Source: Spirochaetia bacterium
GTDB lineage: Bacteria > Spirochaetota > Spirochaetia > UBA9216
DNA length: 64,000 bases
NCBI GenBank assembly: GCA_963677925.2
Contig: CAXXYH010000003.1
Coordinates: 800,001 to 864,000, forward strand
Direction of reading: 5' to 3'
Position 1 is the stretch's first letter. Every line of letters starts with the position of its first letter. The position numbers were made by a program, and so were the translations under genes. Positions 60,858-64,000 of the stretch are shown here, one piece after another. The notes under the pieces were generated by a model that saw nothing but the letters and a program-made list of their open reading frames with translations, made no database searches and was not told the DNA's origin.

Positions 60858-60911
60858 TATTACCATACGTATACGTATATGTTTTTTGCATACAACATAT
60901 ACGTTGAGGTA
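60838..60911 (+). promoter_or_regulatory. Promoter and palindromic operator(s) of the MerR-family gene
   Basis: TTGACT (60838)-17 nt-TACCAT (60861); perfect palindrome ATACGTATACGTAT 60865-78; degenerate copy TACGTTGAGGTA 60900-11. Confidence 0.6.
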
Positions 60912-60915
60912 CACT

Positions 60916-61653
60916 TTGAGTAAAATTATAGAAATATCAGGACTATACACTGCAGAGGAAGTCTGTGAGGAATCGGGAAGCACAATTCCACAGCTCGAGA
61001 CATGGACCGGCGAAGGGTTCATAGAGGCTGAAGGATATACCGAAGAAGGCGAAGCCCTTTATTCATCGGATAGTCTTAACGCAGCTGTTCATTTGAAAAA
61101 AATGACGGAACTTGGTTATGATAAAATCGAACTCAAAAAAATAATAAAGAAAATTGGCTTTCCGGGGAGTTCACCTAAAGATACTGAAAAAAACCGGAAA
61201 AATACAAAATATCTCACTGTCGGAACATTATCAGAAAAAACCGGAATAAGTCCCCGGACCCTGAAGCACTGGGAGGAAAAGGGGATAATAGCACCCGATC
61301 TAAGAAGCCGCGGCGGTTTTCGAATGTACAGGGATTATTATGTTTTCCTGTGCAGTCTTATCCGGGATCTTCAGCTCTTCGGCTACAGTCTGGATGAAAT
61401 CAAAGATATATCCGACTACTTCAGAGATTTTATTGCGATAGAAAACGGAACAGATTCGTACAGCACTAACGAAAAGAATGAGCGACTTTTATTGATGGAA
61501 GAGGAAATAAGCAGACTCTTTATAAAGACTGATGAACTTAAAAAAGGAATAAAGCGCTGGGAGGATCTACTACGCAAAAAATCAAAACAGATTACTCTGC
61601 TCAAAAACAGTACCGTAAAAAAAAATAAATCAGAGGAAAACAATGAAAACTGA
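60916..61653 (+). CDS. MerR-family regulator with two HTH modules
   Basis: YTAEEVCEESG...LETWTGEGFI and LTVGTLSEKTGISPRTLKHWEEKGII...RSRGGFRMY; TTG start at 60916 behind GAGGT. Confidence 0.85.
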   Translation: MSKIIEISGLYTAEEVCEESGSTIPQLETWTGEGFIEAEGYTEEGEALYSSDSLNAAVHLKKMTELGYDKIELKKIIKKIGFPGSSPKDTEKNRKNTKYLTVGTLSEKTGISPRTLKHWEEKGIIAPDLRSRGGFRMYRDYYVFLCSLIRDLQLFGYSLDEIKDISDYFRDFIAIENGTDSYSTNEKNERLLLMEEEISRLFIKTDELKKGIKRWEDLLRKKSKQITLLKNSTVKKNKSEENNEN

Positions 61654-62893
61654 TTATAATAATGATTTTATCAGCCTTACAAAAAACTTTTCTGTAAATT
61701 CAGGAAAAACACGTGTAGAACTTGACGGACATATCCCCATGGAATTTCTCAGTCTCCCCTTTAAAAGTTCTGCAACCTGGGTTTACCCTGAAAATAATGA
61801 TTACACAGAGAACAACAGTTCATTTAATTCCCTTCTCCGCTACTACTGCAGCAACAACCGCTACAGCAATGAACTGATATTCAATAATCTTGAAAAACCT
61901 GATTCTGCCATTGAGGAAAACAGCAGGTTCAGGATTCCCGTCTTTAAACCCGAGAAATGCGACGGAAGCAGATTTATAATTCTGCTTCATGGTTTAAATG
62001 AAAAAATGTGGACGAAATATCTGCCGTGGGCATTCAGTCTGGCAGAGCAGACCGGGCATCCGGTACTGATGTTCCCGATAGCCTTCCACATGGACAGAGC
62101 TCCGGAAGTATGGGCAAAGCCGAGGGAGATGAACCACGTAGCCGACGAAAGAAAGAAGATTGTACCGCTTGAAAATGAAACAAGCTTTATAAATGCAGCA
62201 CTGAGCCATAGAATTCAGTTTGCCCCTCACCGCTTCTTCTCTGCCGGCATGAACACCTACTACGACATAATAGAACTCATTGATGCTATCAGACAGGGAG
62301 CCTACCCTTTTATTGACCGAAACGCAGTGCCGGATATTTTCTCGTATTCCATAGGAGCTTCACTTTCGGAAGTACTGATAACCGGAAACAGCAGAAACTA
62401 TTTTGACGATTCAAAACTTTTTATGTTCTGCGGAGGAGCAGCGCTTGATACTGCCAATCCGGTATCCAAAACTATAATTGACGGCGAAGCATACCGGGAA
62501 CTGTTCAGATGGCTTAAAACACTTTTCTCCTCTGTTTTCGATTTCGGCAGACAGCAGCAGAATATTTTCTCCCTGGATAATCAGGAGACCAGATGTTTCA
62601 AGAGTTTTCTCTTCTTTGATCGGATGCAGAGCTTCAGGGAAGAAGCCCTTAAAAAGGTTTCAAAACAGATAAAAGGCCTCTGCCTGCTGAAGGACAGGGT
62701 TTTTCCACCGGATATTACTGCACAGACTCTCAGCGGAGAAAACGCGGATATAGGAATAGATTTTATTCAAACCGATTTCCCGTTTGAGTACAGGCATGAA
62801 GACCCTTTTCCGCTGACCAGGGATGATAAAGAGGCTGTAAACTTCAGTTTTCAGCAGACTATGAGTCAGGCAGCCGATTTTTTTCAATCCTGA
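61643..62893 (+). CDS. Alpha/beta-hydrolase-fold protein (DUF6051-like)
   Basis: IILLHGLNEK.W.KYLPWA, FPIAFHMDRAP, FSYSIGA, YRHEDPFP. Confidence 0.7.
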   Translation: MKTDYNNDFISLTKNFSVNSGKTRVELDGHIPMEFLSLPFKSSATWVYPENNDYTENNSSFNSLLRYYCSNNRYSNELIFNNLEKPDSAIEENSRFRIPVFKPEKCDGSRFIILLHGLNEKMWTKYLPWAFSLAEQTGHPVLMFPIAFHMDRAPEVWAKPREMNHVADERKKIVPLENETSFINAALSHRIQFAPHRFFSAGMNTYYDIIELIDAIRQGAYPFIDRNAVPDIFSYSIGASLSEVLITGNSRNYFDDSKLFMFCGGAALDTANPVSKTIIDGEAYRELFRWLKTLFSSVFDFGRQQQNIFSLDNQETRCFKSFLFFDRMQSFREEALKKVSKQIKGLCLLKDRVFPPDITAQTLSGENADIGIDFIQTDFPFEYRHEDPFPLTRDDKEAVNFSFQQTMSQAADFFQS

Positions 62894-62954
62894 TCCCCAT
62901 CTTTCCTTTACTTTGGAACTGTTCATGTATATTTTTACTATATAGGAGCAGTAA

Positions 62955-64000
62955 ATGAGTTCAGAAGAAGAAAAAGAGGACAGGATAAATATGTCCGATA
63001 AGAAAAAAGATAAGGACAAGGAAAAAGGATGCTGGAACGACGACTGCGACAAGAAAGGCGGTCCGCAACACGAACCCTCATTTTTTAAATTTACCAAGGG
63101 TCAATTCCATTTTTCAATATGGTATTTTGTCGCGGCAATAGTGCTGATGATGATCATAAATTCATTCTTCACAAGCAACACCTCGGAGGTTATAACCTTC
63201 AGTGAGTTCAAGAGCAAGATTGAATCAAATGAGATTACCCGTGTGACAATGGGTACTGATTACTACACAGGTTATACAGTTACAGAGTCAACAACTACGA
63301 CAAATTCGATGTACAACAGTCTGACCGGAGGAGCAAATACCGGTATTTACAGAACCGTTCCTGTAGATGATCCCGGATTTGTGGAGCTGCTTGACAGCAA
63401 GGGTGTAAGCTACAGCGCAAACTCTGAAAGAACAGGCAATATTATCAGCATGCTTTTCAGCTGGATAATCCCTTTCGTTTTTATAATCATTATCTGGCGG
63501 GCAATGTTCAGCAAGATGGGCAATCCCGGCTCAGGAGTAATGAGTTTCGGGAAGAATAATGCAAAGCTGATTGCAGAAGGAGACACCGGAACAACATTTG
63601 ATGATGTCGCCGGAGCCGATGAAGCAAAGGAAGAGCTGGAGGAGATCGTAGATTTCCTGAAAAATCCGAAGAAGTATACCGATATCGGCGGAAAAATACC
63701 CAAGGGAGTTCTGCTGGTAGGTTCTCCGGGTACTGGTAAAACTCTTCTTGCAAGGGCTGTTGCCGGTGCGGCAGAGGTCCCATTCTTCAGGATAAGCGGT
63801 GCCGACTTTGTTGAAATGTTCGTTGGTGTGGGTGCCGCACGTGTTAGAGACCTGTTCAAACAGGCAAGGGAAAAAGCACCCTGTATAATCTTCATTGACG
63901 AACTTGATGCAATCGGCAAGAGCCGTCTAAATGTAGCCTCCGGAAACGATGAGCGTGAACAGACACTCAACCAGCTGCTTGTTGAAATGGACGGATTCAG
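62955..64000 (+). CDS. ftsH: ATP-dependent zinc metalloprotease FtsH (3'-truncated by the window; absent from the ORF track)
   Basis: Two TMs, [73 protein letters not shown]; ATG at 62955 or in-frame 62991. Confidence 0.96.
   Translation, partial: MSSEEEKEDRINMSDKKKDKDKEKGCWNDDCDKKGGPQHEPSFFKFTKGQFHFSIWYFVAAIVLMMIINSFFTSNTSEVITFSEFKSKIESNEITRVTMGTDYYTGYTVTESTTTTNSMYNSLTGGANTGIYRTVPVDDPGFVELLDSKGVSYSANSERTGNIISMLFSWIIPFVFIIIIWRAMFSKMGNPGSGVMSFGKNNAKLIAEGDTGTTFDDVAGADEAKEELEEIVDFLKNPKKYTDIGGKIPKGVLLVGSPGTGKTLLARAVAGAAEVPFFRISGADFVEMFVGVGAARVRDLFKQAREKAPCIIFIDELDAIGKSRLNVASGNDEREQTLNQLLVEMDGF

Noticed and set aside
63410-63970. 186-aa minus-strand ORF (also 63508..63783 and 62660..63097)
   Set aside because: Antisense shadows of ftsH and its neighbour; ftsH is missing from the track only because it has no stop inside the window
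1-64000. CRISPR array, rRNA, tRNA, transposase, integrase or prophage genes
   Set aside because: No regularly spaced repeats, cloverleaf-sized structured intergenic element or mobile-element protein motifs seen by eye

Overview
64 kb of gene-dense bacterial chromosome, most likely from a free-living spirochaete (inferred from tandem cheX, fabV, LPP20-type lipoproteins and a bat operon; not verified by any search). Housekeeping content: CBS-type pyrophosphatase, dapL, a phosphohexomutase, trpS, a FASII cluster (fabH; fabD-G-F-Z-V), the moxR/bat operon, birA-bioY-ECF biotin uptake and the 5' part of ftsH. Accessory content: two TRAP transporters (one beside a YesM/YesN-type pair, one beside a TetR), lemA-TPM-TPM, an OCH-like beta-diketone hydrolase, and a CHASE2 adenylate cyclase divergent from an SLH-like/beta-barrel/FecR/lipoprotein operon. 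No rRNA, tRNA, CRISPR array or mobile element was seen. Best hidden signals: (1) a ~70-nt sRNA gene at 20085-20192 with its own promoter and terminator, whose anti-Shine-Dalgarno loop has 12-bp complementarity to the RBS of the TRAP dctP at 14351; (2) the split FecR/beta-barrel/CHASE2-cyclase envelope-signalling locus; (3) a TATCGG-N7-CCGATA operator found once at fabH and twice at fabD; (4) a catalytically degenerate BirA with an intact BirA box; (5) a preQ1-I riboswitch before a queuosine-precursor transporter, next to a lipoprotein with ~39% Tyr/Asp/Asn/His codons. Four apparent frameshifts at 16.4-25 kb may be sequencing errors. All calls come from reading the sequence by eye.
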